Part shown: one piece after another, positions 24,778-34,220 of the stretch
How the letters are laid out: each line of letters opens with the position of its first letter
Numbering within the stretch: the stretch's first letter is position 1
Virus record (IMG/VR): IMGVR_UViG_3300049192_000034
Location: 1 to 47,142 of that record
DNA: 47,142 nucleotides
From: a virus
Lineage: Duplodnaviria; Caudoviricetes
Strand: one strand, 5' to 3'
Notes under the pieces: generated by a model
Told to the model about the DNA's origin: nothing
The model's database searches: none
What the model saw: only the letters and a program-made list of their open reading frames with translations
Program-made: the position numbers and the translations under genes

Positions 24778-24911
24778 GGCTGCCCCTCCAGGTCACGCAT
24801 CAGCAGCGCGGCATAGGCAACGAGAAGGCAGAACGTCGACAGCTGGTAGACCTGGCCAAAACACAAGAGGCATCCAGTGCAGGCAGCGAAGGCAGATGCG
24901 AAGCGGAGCAC
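24774..24911 (-). CDS. 45-aa hydrophobic protein
   Basis: MLRFASAFAACTGCLLCFGQVYQLSTFCLLVAYAALLMRDLEGQP; GAGG RBS. Confidence 0.5.
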   Translation of the reverse strand: MLRFASAFAACTGCLLCFGQVYQLSTFCLLVAYAALLMRDLEGQP

Positions 24912-24958
24912 GGGGACCTCTCTTCTGAACGATGGGCCAATGCGAGTAGTTGTGGACG

Positions 24959-25198
24959 TTACGCACGCCTCAACCCCTCCGGCGCAGTCACGACCGCATG
25001 CCTGCTCATGACGCGCTCCAGTGTTCGGCGGACCACGACGTCGGTAAGCTCGACGTCCGTGCGCTCACCCGTCAGCCAGTAATGCAGCGTCCGCTGCTGT
25101 TCGTCGTACCGCGCGCGCTCCACGCCTGCGAAGGACTCCAGGGAGGCAAGCGCATAGAGAGCGTCCGTGGGCTCGCATGGGTAGTAACGCGCGGTCAT
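24959..25198 (-). CDS. Hypothetical protein
   Basis: ATGA coupling to the MTase. Confidence 0.6.
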   Translation of the reverse strand: MTARYYPCEPTDALYALASLESFAGVERARYDEQQRTLHYWLTGERTDVELTDVVVRRTLERVMSRHAVVTAPEGLRRA

Positions 25199-26274
25199 CG
25201 TCCGAGCCTCTTGCGGATGATTTCCACGTAAGCCGCCTCACGCTCGATACCGATTGCGTCGAACCCTTCGGCCTGTGCCGCGACGAGCGTGGTGCCGGAG
25301 CCCGCGAACGGGTCGAGCACGGTGCCTCCGGGTGGCGTAATGAGCCGCACGAGCCAGCGCATCAGATCCGTGGGCTTGACCGTCGGGTGCGTGTTGCCCT
25401 CACCCCTATCGCGCTTGGAGGCTTTCGCCTGGTAGCGGAAGATGGGGAAGAAGCGGGAGGGTTCGCCGATGCTCGTCACCGGACACCCCTCGACACACTC
25501 ACTCTCGCAGTCTGCCGAGTGCGTCAGGAGCAGGTTCGGGGGCCAGCGGCCGGCGAGCGCGCTGTCATTCATGCTTCCTGATGTGGGCGACGAGATGCAC
25601 CACCCCTGTGTGGCCACAGGCTTTCGACGCGTATCCTCGCCGCTATCCAGTCGGACCCTGCACCCGTCCACATTCAACGCCCCCGTCCCGTGCTTCTCGA
25701 CGTTCGCCGCGACGGTGCCGACGAGCGGCTTGCGCGCGACCACGATCGGCTCGTGGGCGGGCTTGAGGGCGGTGCCCCAGCCTTGCCACTGTTGGGCGAG
25801 GGGAGTGGCGGGGGCGGTGATATTCCACTCGCCTGCGTAATCGCCAAACGAGGTTTTCCCGTCCTCGATGCGAGTGCGGCCGAAGTTTCGGTCGGTGCCA
25901 AGCACCTCCCGCTCCACCCCTGCCGCCTTATCGATTGCCTTCGACACATCCAACGACTTCGGAAAACCGGACCCGTAGATCCAATCGATCGAGTCACGGA
26001 TCTCGAACCCGGCGTCTTCGATCGCGCACGCCATCCGGTGATACGTACGCGTACCGCCGAAGGCCAGTAGATGCGCGCCGGGCTTCAACACGCGCAGGAC
26101 CTCGCGCCAGAGGTCGTCGCTGTATGCGATACCGCTCGCATCCCAGCGCTTGCCCATGAAGCCAAGCTCATAGGGGGGGTCGGTGACGCAGGCGTCGACC
26201 GACTCGCCCGGCATGGCGCGCAGCGCGTCGAGGCAGTCCGAGTTCGTGACCGTCGGCCCAGGCTTACATGTCAC
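25195..26274 (-). CDS. DNA N6-A/N4-C methyltransferase (beta class)
   Basis: DPPYELGFMG, WIYGSGFPKS, HPTVKP, DPFAGSGTT. Confidence 0.93.
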   Translation of the reverse strand: MTCKPGPTVTNSDCLDALRAMPGESVDACVTDPPYELGFMGKRWDASGIAYSDDLWREVLRVLKPGAHLLAFGGTRTYHRMACAIEDAGFEIRDSIDWIYGSGFPKSLDVSKAIDKAAGVEREVLGTDRNFGRTRIEDGKTSFGDYAGEWNITAPATPLAQQWQGWGTALKPAHEPIVVARKPLVGTVAANVEKHGTGALNVDGCRVRLDSGEDTRRKPVATQGWCISSPTSGSMNDSALAGRWPPNLLLTHSADCESECVEGCPVTSIGEPSRFFPIFRYQAKASKRDRGEGNTHPTVKPTDLMRWLVRLITPPGGTVLDPFAGSGTTLVAAQAEGFDAIGIEREAAYVEIIRKRLGR

Positions 26275-26432
26275 AGCCCCCTCCGCTTCATCTCCTCCGC
26301 AGCCGTGTCCGTACCGATGACCGAGAGCAGCTGCTCACGACAGGTCTGGTCGCCTTCGCTGAGGCGCATCAGCCACTCTTCGACTTCGGGGAAGAGCTCC
26401 GCGAGCACTCCCACCACACGAAGCAACGTCAC
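26271..26432 (-). CDS. 53-aa hypothetical protein
   Basis: MTLLRVVGVLAELFPEVEEWL..; coupled at both ends. Confidence 0.55.
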   Translation of the reverse strand: MTLLRVVGVLAELFPEVEEWLMRLSEGDQTCREQLLSVIGTDTAAEEMKRRGL

Positions 26433-26893
26433 TACGCCTTGCATACCGCCCCCTCACTCCCGTAGGTACGCACTGCCCAGTGACCCCACTCCATCCCGTC
26501 GAACACCGATTGCGGAATCAGCAGCGACGGGAGCAGCGGCACCTCCGCTTCCAGAGTCGCGACCGCATGCGCCATCGAGCAGCCGAAGCGGCCGGGGGCA
26601 CCAGCCTCGTACCAGTTGTCCACTGCAACCGAGGCGTCGAGCAGTGCGGCGCGTGCGGCCTGGTAGCTGACGGAGCACTTACGGAGCAGCACTGCTGCCT
26701 CCGCGTCGGGCTTCATCCGCGACCAGCTAACGCACGTATCCCGCGCGTCGTTGACCGCCTGCCCCATGGCCACGACTGCCACGCGAGCCTCCTGCTTGTG
26801 AACGTATTCCGCAGGACGGCAGGCGCTTAACGCGAGAAAAGCGCCCAGGCAGATGCCCAGGCGCGTGAGAGTGAGGGGGTTACTGCGTGGCAC
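26432..26893 (-). CDS. Lipoprotein (possible spanin-like lysis factor)
   Basis: Signal peptide with LSAC lipobox; helical body. Confidence 0.65.
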   Translation of the reverse strand: MPRSNPLTLTRLGICLGAFLALSACRPAEYVHKQEARVAVVAMGQAVNDARDTCVSWSRMKPDAEAAVLLRKCSVSYQAARAALLDASVAVDNWYEAGAPGRFGCSMAHAVATLEAEVPLLPSLLIPQSVFDGMEWGHWAVRTYGSEGAVCKA

Positions 26894-27048
26894 TACTTTC
26901 CTCTTACGGCCTTGACTGCGTTTCCGAGGTTGAAGCCAAGCTGAGAGAGCACGTCGCGCGCTTTGCCCGCGGGGAGCAGGAGCGACACGATGTTACAGAC
27001 CACGCCAATCGCTCCGATGAGCTGGAGCACCAGTTCAAGCTTCTCCAT
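26893..27048 (-). CDS. 51-aa holin-like membrane protein
   Basis: MEKLELVLQLIGAIGVVCNIVSLLLPAGKARDVLSQLGFNLGNAVKAVRGK; TM plus basic amphipathic tail. Confidence 0.55.
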   Translation of the reverse strand: MEKLELVLQLIGAIGVVCNIVSLLLPAGKARDVLSQLGFNLGNAVKAVRGK

Positions 27049-27101
27049 CACAATACCACCCTCTGAAGTGCGAACTTACGAACCGAAAAAAGCGGAAGGC
27101 C

Positions 27102-27761
27102 TCAGCCGTTACCGGCAAACCGATTGATGGCGTCTGGGTGGACCCAGAACGTGGCCATCGGGAGCTTAGGAACGATGAACGAGCAAATCCCCACGACTCG
27201 CCCGTACTCATCGAACGCAGGCCCCCCGGACGACCCGAAGAACGCCGACGACGTCACCATCAGAAACTCGCCCTCGACGCCACCCACCGAGCGCTTGCCG
27301 TCGACCACGCCCATCGAGACGACGAACGGGAGTCCCCTGGGGGACCCGACCGTCCAGACGAGCGCCCCGTCCGCCACTCGCTCGGCCAGCGGAGCGACAC
27401 CGTGGACGTGCGCCGTGGGGGCCGCATCGAGCACGGCAAGGTCCAGCACCGTGTCGATCTTTGCGACCCGCGCGAGGTGTGAGTCGTGAATCTCGTACGT
27501 CGCCCCGCGCGTATCCTGCGGCACGGCGAAATAGACCTCGATCTCGTCCACCACGCAGTGCGCCGCGGTGAGGATTCGGTGAGGACCGATCCACACCCCA
27601 GCGCAGTACGCGCGGTACTCGTCATCCTTCAGCGTCACCAGAGCGACCGAGGCCGAACGAAGCTCGGCAACCGTCGCCTTCGGAGGCGCAGGAGCGGCAG
27701 GCTCCGGGTTGCTCACACACGAACACAGCAGTGCAAACAGCACCAGGAGCAGACTGCGCAT
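27102..27761 (-). CDS. Trypsin-like serine protease lipoprotein
   Basis: Lipobox LCSC; TAAHC, DLAVL, GSSGGP catalytic triad. Confidence 0.9.
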   Translation of the reverse strand: MRSLLLVLFALLCSCVSNPEPAAPAPPKATVAELRSASVALVTLKDDEYRAYCAGVWIGPHRILTAAHCVVDEIEVYFAVPQDTRGATYEIHDSHLARVAKIDTVLDLAVLDAAPTAHVHGVAPLAERVADGALVWTVGSPRGLPFVVSMGVVDGKRSVGGVEGEFLMVTSSAFFGSSGGPAFDEYGRVVGICSFIVPKLPMATFWVHPDAINRFAGNG

Positions 27762-27777
27762 GACTACCTCAAACGGG

Positions 27778-28539
27778 CTAAGAAGAATCAGCAGACAAGA
27801 AGTTTTCTATCGCCGTAACCGTCGCGTCGTCCAGGTAATCGGTCGCCACGACGACACCGGCGAGCAGGCCGCTAAACAGCGTAGTGCCTGCCGTACGGCC
27901 ACCGACGCTTAGCGCCCCCACGGGGTCACCGACGCCTGGTGCGTTCGCGCTGTTGCCGCTGGCTGCAGACGCCCCACCTATGCGGAAGTCGAACTCGTTA
28001 CCGGCGCGGCCTTCCTTGTACCGGTACGTGGCCACGAGTTTCGTTGCGTTCGGCGCACTACTATTGGCCGTCGCAGTCAGGGCGATCGTGTTCGTCACGC
28101 CACCGCCCGCTACGAATCGCATGCGCTGGTTGACGGAGTCGTGCGTGATGGTGATGCCTGCGGCCGTGCTCGAGAAGTTCGACGTATCGAAGATCACGCG
28201 CTCGGCCGCGACGTTGGTGGCCTTGTATACGAACACCAGCGTGCACCCAGTGCCGTCGTGCAGCAGTCGCCAGTCGCTCGCTGTACCGCCCACGAGTCGG
28301 TCGTTGGTTCCGTCGAACGACAGCACCGACGCAGCCCCGAACGACGCGTCCGTCGCATACGCGGGCTGGTTTGCGGTCGTCCCCTGCGTGAGCGTTCGCC
28401 CGCTGCCCTGTGCGGCCCACGAGCTAACGCCCGTGGCTAGCGTGATGCCGGCGCGCGGACGCCACCAGTCGCGAACGCCTGTGTAGCTGGTGGGCAGACG
28501 ACGGGAGCGGCCGAGCTGAAGCCCGAGAGCAAGTTTCAT
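27778..28539 (-). CDS. LamG/concanavalin-like virion protein
   Basis: VSSW..QGTTANQPAY..LSFDGTND pattern. Confidence 0.65.
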   Translation of the reverse strand: MKLALGLQLGRSRRLPTSYTGVRDWWRPRAGITLATGVSSWAAQGSGRTLTQGTTANQPAYATDASFGAASVLSFDGTNDRLVGGTASDWRLLHDGTGCTLVFVYKATNVAAERVIFDTSNFSSTAAGITITHDSVNQRMRFVAGGGVTNTIALTATANSSAPNATKLVATYRYKEGRAGNEFDFRIGGASAASGNSANAPGVGDPVGALSVGGRTAGTTLFSGLLAGVVVATDYLDDATVTAIENFLSADSS

Positions 28540-30075
28540 TTGAGGTACCACTTAGAGGTCGAGGGGACCCAGACCGCGTAAACGGGGACATTGGGCACGG
28601 CAGTGATTGCGTTTGCAATGTTGCCGGACGTGTTCGTGGTCCATGCAGCGGTGGGGATGAAAACCATCTCCCACGACGTATCTGCATCGGGCGGCGTGAT
28701 GGTGGCGATCGCAGTCGCGCCGGTCACGAACTGCACCGGAGCGGTCGGCGCGATAGTGGTAGCGGACGCCACGTCCGAGCCCACAGCCGACGGGCGAATG
28801 TGCCCCCAGCCAGTGTTTCCAGACCCGGTGGTTTTCAGCCACGCGCGGCCGGACGTCCCCAGCAGGATCGACCCAGCAGGTGCGGTGTTTGATCCTTCTG
28901 GATTGGAGTTGCCGGTGATCGATAGGTACACCGGAACGCTGTTGTTGTTGAGCCTAACCGTCGATGCAGCCATGTGCATCTCGGTCGTCCCGAACCGCAA
29001 GAGCGTCTGGAGCGACCCACCAGACGGAGTGACCGAGAAATCGTAAAACCGCGAGGCTTGCGAGTTGCTCGGAAACGCTCGCACGTACGCAACGTGACCC
29101 GCCGAGGTTTCCAGCTGCACGCCTGGAAGGGTGTCCCCGATAATCTTGGGGTAATCCCCGTCGTCGGTGACGAGTGCGTAGTCTTCGACAGGGATGCGCG
29201 TTTGCTGCGAGGACTTGAGGTGGTTTTCGCCACTGGGGTCTGTCCACAGAACCGCGGAACCTGTCGACGTGCGATACGCCTGGATAACCTCGTTAGCACT
29301 CGCAAGCGTTGCCATGCGGAACACGTTCGCGGCCGTGCTCGACCCCTCGATATACCGAGGCGCAAAAATGTTCCCAACGGTCTGGTTGGCCTCGTCGCAC
29401 GCAAAGTCGACGATGGTGTTCCCGCCCCAGCCGCATGCCTCCAGCACGTGATTGACCACCACGTTGCCGTGGCCTCGGATAAGCCACCCGTGCTGGACCT
29501 GACCCGTACGCCCACCGAACCACCCGCAGGCGTTGGGTCCGCGTGTGAACACGCCCGAACCTGGCGCCGTTTCGGCGGACGTGAATTTCCAGCCGTACTG
29601 GCCGGTTTTCACGAACGTAGCGTCACCCTGCACGCGGCAGTCGTAGAAGGTGTCGTAATACGGTCCGGAGCCGTCGACGTCACCCTCCATCAGCCAGCCG
29701 ATGTTGTCGGAGCCGCGGAGGGTTACGCCGATCTGAAAGAACTGGCAGTGTGAGAAGCGACAACGGACTCCGGAGATCGCGCCGTCGCTCATAACCTCGA
29801 TGGTGAACCCGCGCAGGACGCACGACCGCGCGTAGTCCGCATTGCCATCGACGGCCGCAGTGCCTGCGGTGCCGTAGTACCGCAGGTTGGTACCGTGGCC
29901 CACGAGTTCAACACTGGAGCCAGTGATGCTGATGGTGTTGTCGATGCGGATGTTACCCGCAGGCAAGACCACCTTCTTGACGGTGCTGCTTGCGACAGCC
30001 GCATTGACCGCCGCTTGGATCGCTGCCGACGAGTCGACGCTGCTGCTGATGGTACCGAATGCAGCCGCATGCGGG
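28536..30075 (-). CDS. Tailspike beta-helix (pectate-lyase-like) part; likely joined to the upstream ORF by a frameshift
   Basis: AFG..DSSAAIQAAVNAA..VVLPAG start of a beta-helix; no convincing start codon or RBS. Confidence 0.7.
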
Positions 30076-30840
30076 TTCGGTCTTATCGAGCTCCGTCGCA
30101 ATCGCGTTGATCGCGGAGACGAGCGACGTGTTGAACGCCGGGCCTCCGGTCAGGGTCGACAGCGCGCGCACGGCCGTTGCCGTGGACGCACTGGGACCCT
30201 GCGTGACGCGGTGAAACCTGCCGGTACCGCCAGAGTTTAGGGCGATGACGTTCGTTGCGTCGTCCGCAGTGACGCTTGCGGCGATCCACTTGAACGTTCC
30301 GCCGTCGCCATCCGTTGCGCTCGCGAGACCAGCCGACGCAACAATGTCGTTGTTCGCGAGCGTGGCTGCACTGAGTGCCTTGAGCGCCGCACGGTCGGCC
30401 ACCTGCCTCGTGCCCGAGACCAGTGAAACGCTGTCGATTGTGTCGAGCGAGGCGTTGTACTTCGCCTCGAGATCCGCCATCCGCGTCTCGAGTGCAACCC
30501 CCATTGCAGGTGCAACCTTGCGCATCTGACGGTTGGGCGTCTTGACGATTACCACGCTGACGCGCGTGGACGCGGTGCCGTCTGCACCAGTGGCTGTACC
30601 CTTTATGCGATATTCACCAGCGACGTCTGCTGTCAGAGAGCTGGTGTACCCGGCGGTCGCCGAGAGAGCCGCAGCGGACCCTGTAGGACGGCCCACGAGC
30701 GACCATGCGAACGACGTGTAGCCGGTCGTGGACTGGAGCGTCAGCGCGACGGCTTGGCCGATCGTGAACGACGACTCGGATACAGATCCGATCGGCGATA
30801 GCTGCGTCCCGTTCGCCAGAATGATCGGACGGGTGGGCAT
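29953..30840 (-). CDS. Tailspike N-terminal part (PKD/Ig-like + tailspike head domain)
   Basis: FAWSLVGRPTGS..DVAGEY; AALKAL..DGDGGTFKW..DD..VI. Confidence 0.7.
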   Translation of the reverse strand: MPTRPIILANGTQLSPIGSVSESSFTIGQAVALTLQSTTGYTSFAWSLVGRPTGSAAALSATAGYTSSLTADVAGEYRIKGTATGADGTASTRVSVVIVKTPNRQMRKVAPAMGVALETRMADLEAKYNASLDTIDSVSLVSGTRQVADRAALKALSAATLANNDIVASAGLASATDGDGGTFKWIAASVTADDATNVIALNSGGTGRFHRVTQGPSASTATAVRALSTLTGGPAFNTSLVSAINAIATELDKTEPACGCIRYHQQQRRLVGSDPSGGQCGCRKQHRQEGGLACG

Positions 30841-31184
30841 CAGCTGATGTATTCGAGCTTGACGCCGAAGGTCGCCGCAGTGTCAGCGGTCAGTGTGGCC
30901 GACGTGCTGGACACTTGCCACGTGACGCCGGTTGCAAACCGGTAGTCCATGGGGATACGCAGCTGCTCACCCGCAGCCACACGCACAGCGAACACGGGCA
31001 CGGTACCGTTGGCAGGAACGGAGGCGGTGTTGAACACCATCCACCAGCGATCTGAAGCGCCGTTATTTGCGACGAATGCCGAGCGGATGACCGTCGCGGA
31101 CCCAAAGAACGGCGTCTGCGCGTCATCCTCTACGTATACGGTCCACGAGGACGAAGCGGCCGGCGAAAGCGAGACGGCGATCAT
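30840..31184 (-). CDS. Virion structural protein, paralog of 31181-31672
   Basis: MVFN..VP..FATGVTWQVSST. Confidence 0.65.
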   Translation of the reverse strand: MIAVSLSPAASSSWTVYVEDDAQTPFFGSATVIRSAFVANNGASDRWWMVFNTASVPANGTVPVFAVRVAAGEQLRIPMDYRFATGVTWQVSSTSATLTADTAATFGVKLEYIS

Positions 31185-31672
31185 TGATACTCCACGCTCG
31201 CAACAGCGGCGGCCGTAGAAGACGTGTAAACGTCAGGCGTTGAGGAGATCGCCCAGACGATTCCGGTGCTAAACACCCGAGCGCGCGGCAGTGAGACCGC
31301 AACGAACCCGTTTGCCGCGATCGGAATGGGTGCCATGAACGGCTCGGTAACCCCGCTTGAGAGCGAGCCCGTGGAAGCCAGATTGAACAGCATCACGTAA
31401 CCGGACACCGGCTCCGTGTTGGTCCAGAACCCACCCACGAACGACTTGTTCGCCGTCGCGGTCACAAGCTTTGCCTGGGCACCGGTGCTGATTTCGTCAG
31501 ACCACGTGGTGCCGACCGTGCTGTTGGTCGGAGTGGCCGAGACGGTGATGATTCGACCGCGCGAGTCGGTCTGCACCTCAGCCGCCTGCCCATCGTTGTA
31601 CGTGGGGAGAGTGGCGTTGTACTTACCGTGGCCGAGGAACTTGTGTACGAGGTCAGTCCAGCTAGCCATCAC
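31181..31672 (-). CDS. Virion structural protein
   Basis: MLFN..P..FSTGIVWAISST. Confidence 0.65.
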   Translation of the reverse strand: MMASWTDLVHKFLGHGKYNATLPTYNDGQAAEVQTDSRGRIITVSATPTNSTVGTTWSDEISTGAQAKLVTATANKSFVGGFWTNTEPVSGYVMLFNLASTGSLSSGVTEPFMAPIPIAANGFVAVSLPRARVFSTGIVWAISSTPDVYTSSTAAAVASVEYQ

Positions 31673-32460
31673 GGATCCGTCGGGCGGTAGACCTGCACAA
31701 TCAGAGCGCCCGGACCAACCAGGCGTGCCGTGTTTGCAGCGTTCGAGGACTTGATTCGGATCTTCACAACGAGCGTGCCGCTGGTCGTAATGTCATGGCG
31801 TCCGCAGACGCTGAACGCCGTACGCAGACGCGTGGTGTCGCCCGCGTCGGTCGGGACCTGGCGCACGGTCGTCAGCAGCTCCTGGTCCGAGCCACCGTTC
31901 TCGGTGATGGCCACTTCAGCCGTCGACGTGTACGTGGTGTTCGTCCGCTCGATCATGAAATCGGCTTTGACGATGACAATGTCACTCGTCTTGCATCCGC
32001 CGATGCTGATGGTTGCAGCAGTGTCCGTGTACGACGTGCTGGAGGTGCTGCTGATTGCAGTGCCGTAAGCCGACGTGTCCTGGTACTCGTCGGTCGCAAA
32101 CAGCGAGTCACCGAACCGCACGGCATCCCAGCCGCCAGCCTCGCTCGCATGGTCGCGATACAGACCGGTTGTGCTGCCGGTGCCCGCGGTGTTGCGACGC
32201 CAGAGGCACACGAGCCCGGAGCCCGAGACCATGGCAACCTCGCCGTTCGCAACGCTCGTAAGCGCGTCGAGTGCGGCGAGGGTGGCGACGCTGCGGACCA
32301 GTTTAATGCCGGTGCTTTCCAGAAGCTGCTGGAGGTATCGGTCGTTATTTAGAAGCGTCTGCAACGGCGTGACGACGCTCGATGCGCTCGCTGCGTCTCC
32401 GTCCGACGGAACCGTCGCGGAGTTCGAATAAGAGCTAGAACCCGTAATCGTCGATGACAT
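31669..32460 (-). CDS. Tail fibre / baseplate adaptor protein
   Basis: Position after the wedge genes; LQTLLNNDRYL; Ser/Thr-rich beta C-terminus. Confidence 0.65.
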   Translation of the reverse strand: MSSTITGSSSYSNSATVPSDGDAASASSVVTPLQTLLNNDRYLQQLLESTGIKLVRSVATLAALDALTSVANGEVAMVSGSGLVCLWRRNTAGTGSTTGLYRDHASEAGGWDAVRFGDSLFATDEYQDTSAYGTAISSTSSTSYTDTAATISIGGCKTSDIVIVKADFMIERTNTTYTSTAEVAITENGGSDQELLTTVRQVPTDAGDTTRLRTAFSVCGRHDITTSGTLVVKIRIKSSNAANTARLVGPGALIVQVYRPTDP

Positions 32461-32463
32461 CTA

Positions 32464-33105
32464 TCACCCGTAGTAAGAAGCCGAGCCGCCCCACGTCCCA
32501 GAGCCCCAGACGTGGCCGTCGCCCCACAGTTCGCCGTCGTGGATGACGATGATGTTCACCAGCTGCGCGTGTGCTGGCTTCCACTTATCGACAATGCGGC
32601 GAATCTGCTGGTACTGAGCGATTGTAATCGACCCGCCCCAGGCGAAGGTTCCAAAGGTCCCAGAACCCCAGTAGGCAGGCGGTGCAGTCGTGAGCAGCGT
32701 GCCTTCAGGGAACACCACCCAGAATCGCCACCAGTTCGTCCCCGCAGACGAGTCCCAGGTCCAGTCGCTGTCCTCGTAGATGACAACGCCCGAGTACCCG
32801 ACCGCTGCGAGCTGGTCCTTGATCGCCTTCTCGGTGCCCGCGTACTGGTACGCCTCGAAACTCTGCTCCAGGCGCTCGCGGAACTGCGCCAGGGTCTCCA
32901 GCGCACCGCGCTCGATCCCGCGCTCTTCTGCGATGTAGTCCAGCGCATCGGCCGGAGCCTCCGCGATGAACCGCGCACGCGTGGCCTGGGTTGCGCCCTC
33001 GGCATAGGTGTTGTGCAGGACGCCCAGCACACTATGCAGGCGGCGCCAGAATTCGTCGCCCCACGGAGGAGCGGTCTCCTCCAGGTACTCGCGATACGTG
33101 GTCAC
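32464..33105 (-). CDS. Baseplate wedge (P2 gpI / Mu gp48-like)
   Basis: ALDYIAEERGI..RERL..GT..KPAH. Confidence 0.8.
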   Translation of the reverse strand: MTTYREYLEETAPPWGDEFWRRLHSVLGVLHNTYAEGATQATRARFIAEAPADALDYIAEERGIERGALETLAQFRERLEQSFEAYQYAGTEKAIKDQLAAVGYSGVVIYEDSDWTWDSSAGTNWWRFWVVFPEGTLLTTAPPAYWGSGTFGTFAWGGSITIAQYQQIRRIVDKWKPAHAQLVNIIVIHDGELWGDGHVWGSGTWGGSASYYG

Positions 33106-34220
33106 TGCGCGGTCCAGGTGAACGAGGACGAGGGGTCGCTAAACGTCGGCACCTGGCCAACGGCAAACGCGGTATCGCCCGATGGCGTGGAGAGCGCGAC
33201 GTTGATAACGCCAGGCACTGCCATCACGGCCTCGATGATTTCCGAGCGGTAGACGTAGCCCGAAGCCGGCGAACGCCCGGATGCGAGCGCGGTCAGCGCT
33301 GCTGCCACACCCGTCTTGACCGTCGCCTCGCTTGCGGTCGCGCGGTAGTACACCGTGCCTGCGAGCGTGATGGTGACTGCCGTGCAGTTGTAGGCCGTGG
33401 CCGTCACGCAGAGGGGGCGTCGCGTGTCCAGGTACGTCTGCACGTCGCTGACGACCGTCGTAGGCAGTACCGTGGATCCCGCCACGAAGACGCCCACGCT
33501 ACCGTCTGAAGGGTAGTTCTCCTGCACGTGCACGCGGGTGACCTGACTGGAGGCCTTGCGCGCCCAGTAGATGTACGCATCGCGGCTGCCACCGGAACCG
33601 AGTGAGCCCCACTTCGCGCGGCAGCGCTCTCGGAGCGCGTCGTCCGTCTCGTCGTCGGTGCCGGAGGTCGTGAGCCACGTGCCCGTGGTGCCGATCGCCG
33701 GGTTGTTAACCGTCACGCCGGGATACGCAGTGACGAGCGACGTGATACTGCCGGTCAGTGCGTTGAACGTGCTGCCTGCAGACTCCGCGATAACGTTCAG
33801 GGTCAGCGTGCCCGAAGCACTCAGGGTGCCGCCAGTGGTGTTGCGGTACCGCTTGCCCGCGGAGGACTCGACCACGAGGTCGCCAGCAGCGAACGTGTAT
33901 GGTGCCCCGCCAGTGTCGGTCAGGACGATCTGCCCCTCGGCATACACCGCAGCGTTGCGGTCCTCACCGTACGCACTGGCTGCAAGCAGCGTGAGCCAGT
34001 CGCCCTCTGCGAGTTCGAGAAACCCGCCCTTAGCGATGTCTCTGATGAGTGCAGTCGTATCTGCACCCGTGCTCGCGAGCGTCTCCACGAGGTGCCGCGG
34101 CACGGAGCCGGGCTGCCACGCGGTCGCGGGGAACCCCGCGAGACGCAGAAACCCGACCAGCGTGGTCAGGATCTCGTCCTTCGTACGAGTTTCGATGAGG
34201 TCGGTAAGCGCAACAGTCAC
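33102..34220 (-). CDS. Baseplate J-like protein
   Basis: AEGDWL, GTDDETDDALRERC, GSRDAYIYWA, VPGV. Confidence 0.9.
   Translation of the reverse strand: MTVALTDLIETRTKDEILTTLVGFLRLAGFPATAWQPGSVPRHLVETLASTGADTTALIRDIAKGGFLELAEGDWLTLLAASAYGEDRNAAVYAEGQIVLTDTGGAPYTFAAGDLVVESSAGKRYRNTTGGTLSASGTLTLNVIAESAGSTFNALTGSITSLVTAYPGVTVNNPAIGTTGTWLTTSGTDDETDDALRERCRAKWGSLGSGGSRDAYIYWARKASSQVTRVHVQENYPSDGSVGVFVAGSTVLPTTVVSDVQTYLDTRRPLCVTATAYNCTAVTITLAGTVYYRATASEATVKTGVAAALTALASGRSPASGYVYRSEIIEAVMAVPGVINVALSTPSGDTAFAVGQVPTFSDPSSSFTWTAQ

Noticed and set aside
27778-32460. Diversity-generating retroelement or invertible tail-fibre cassette
   Set aside because: No reverse transcriptase, invertase or TR/VR-like repeat pair noticed by eye
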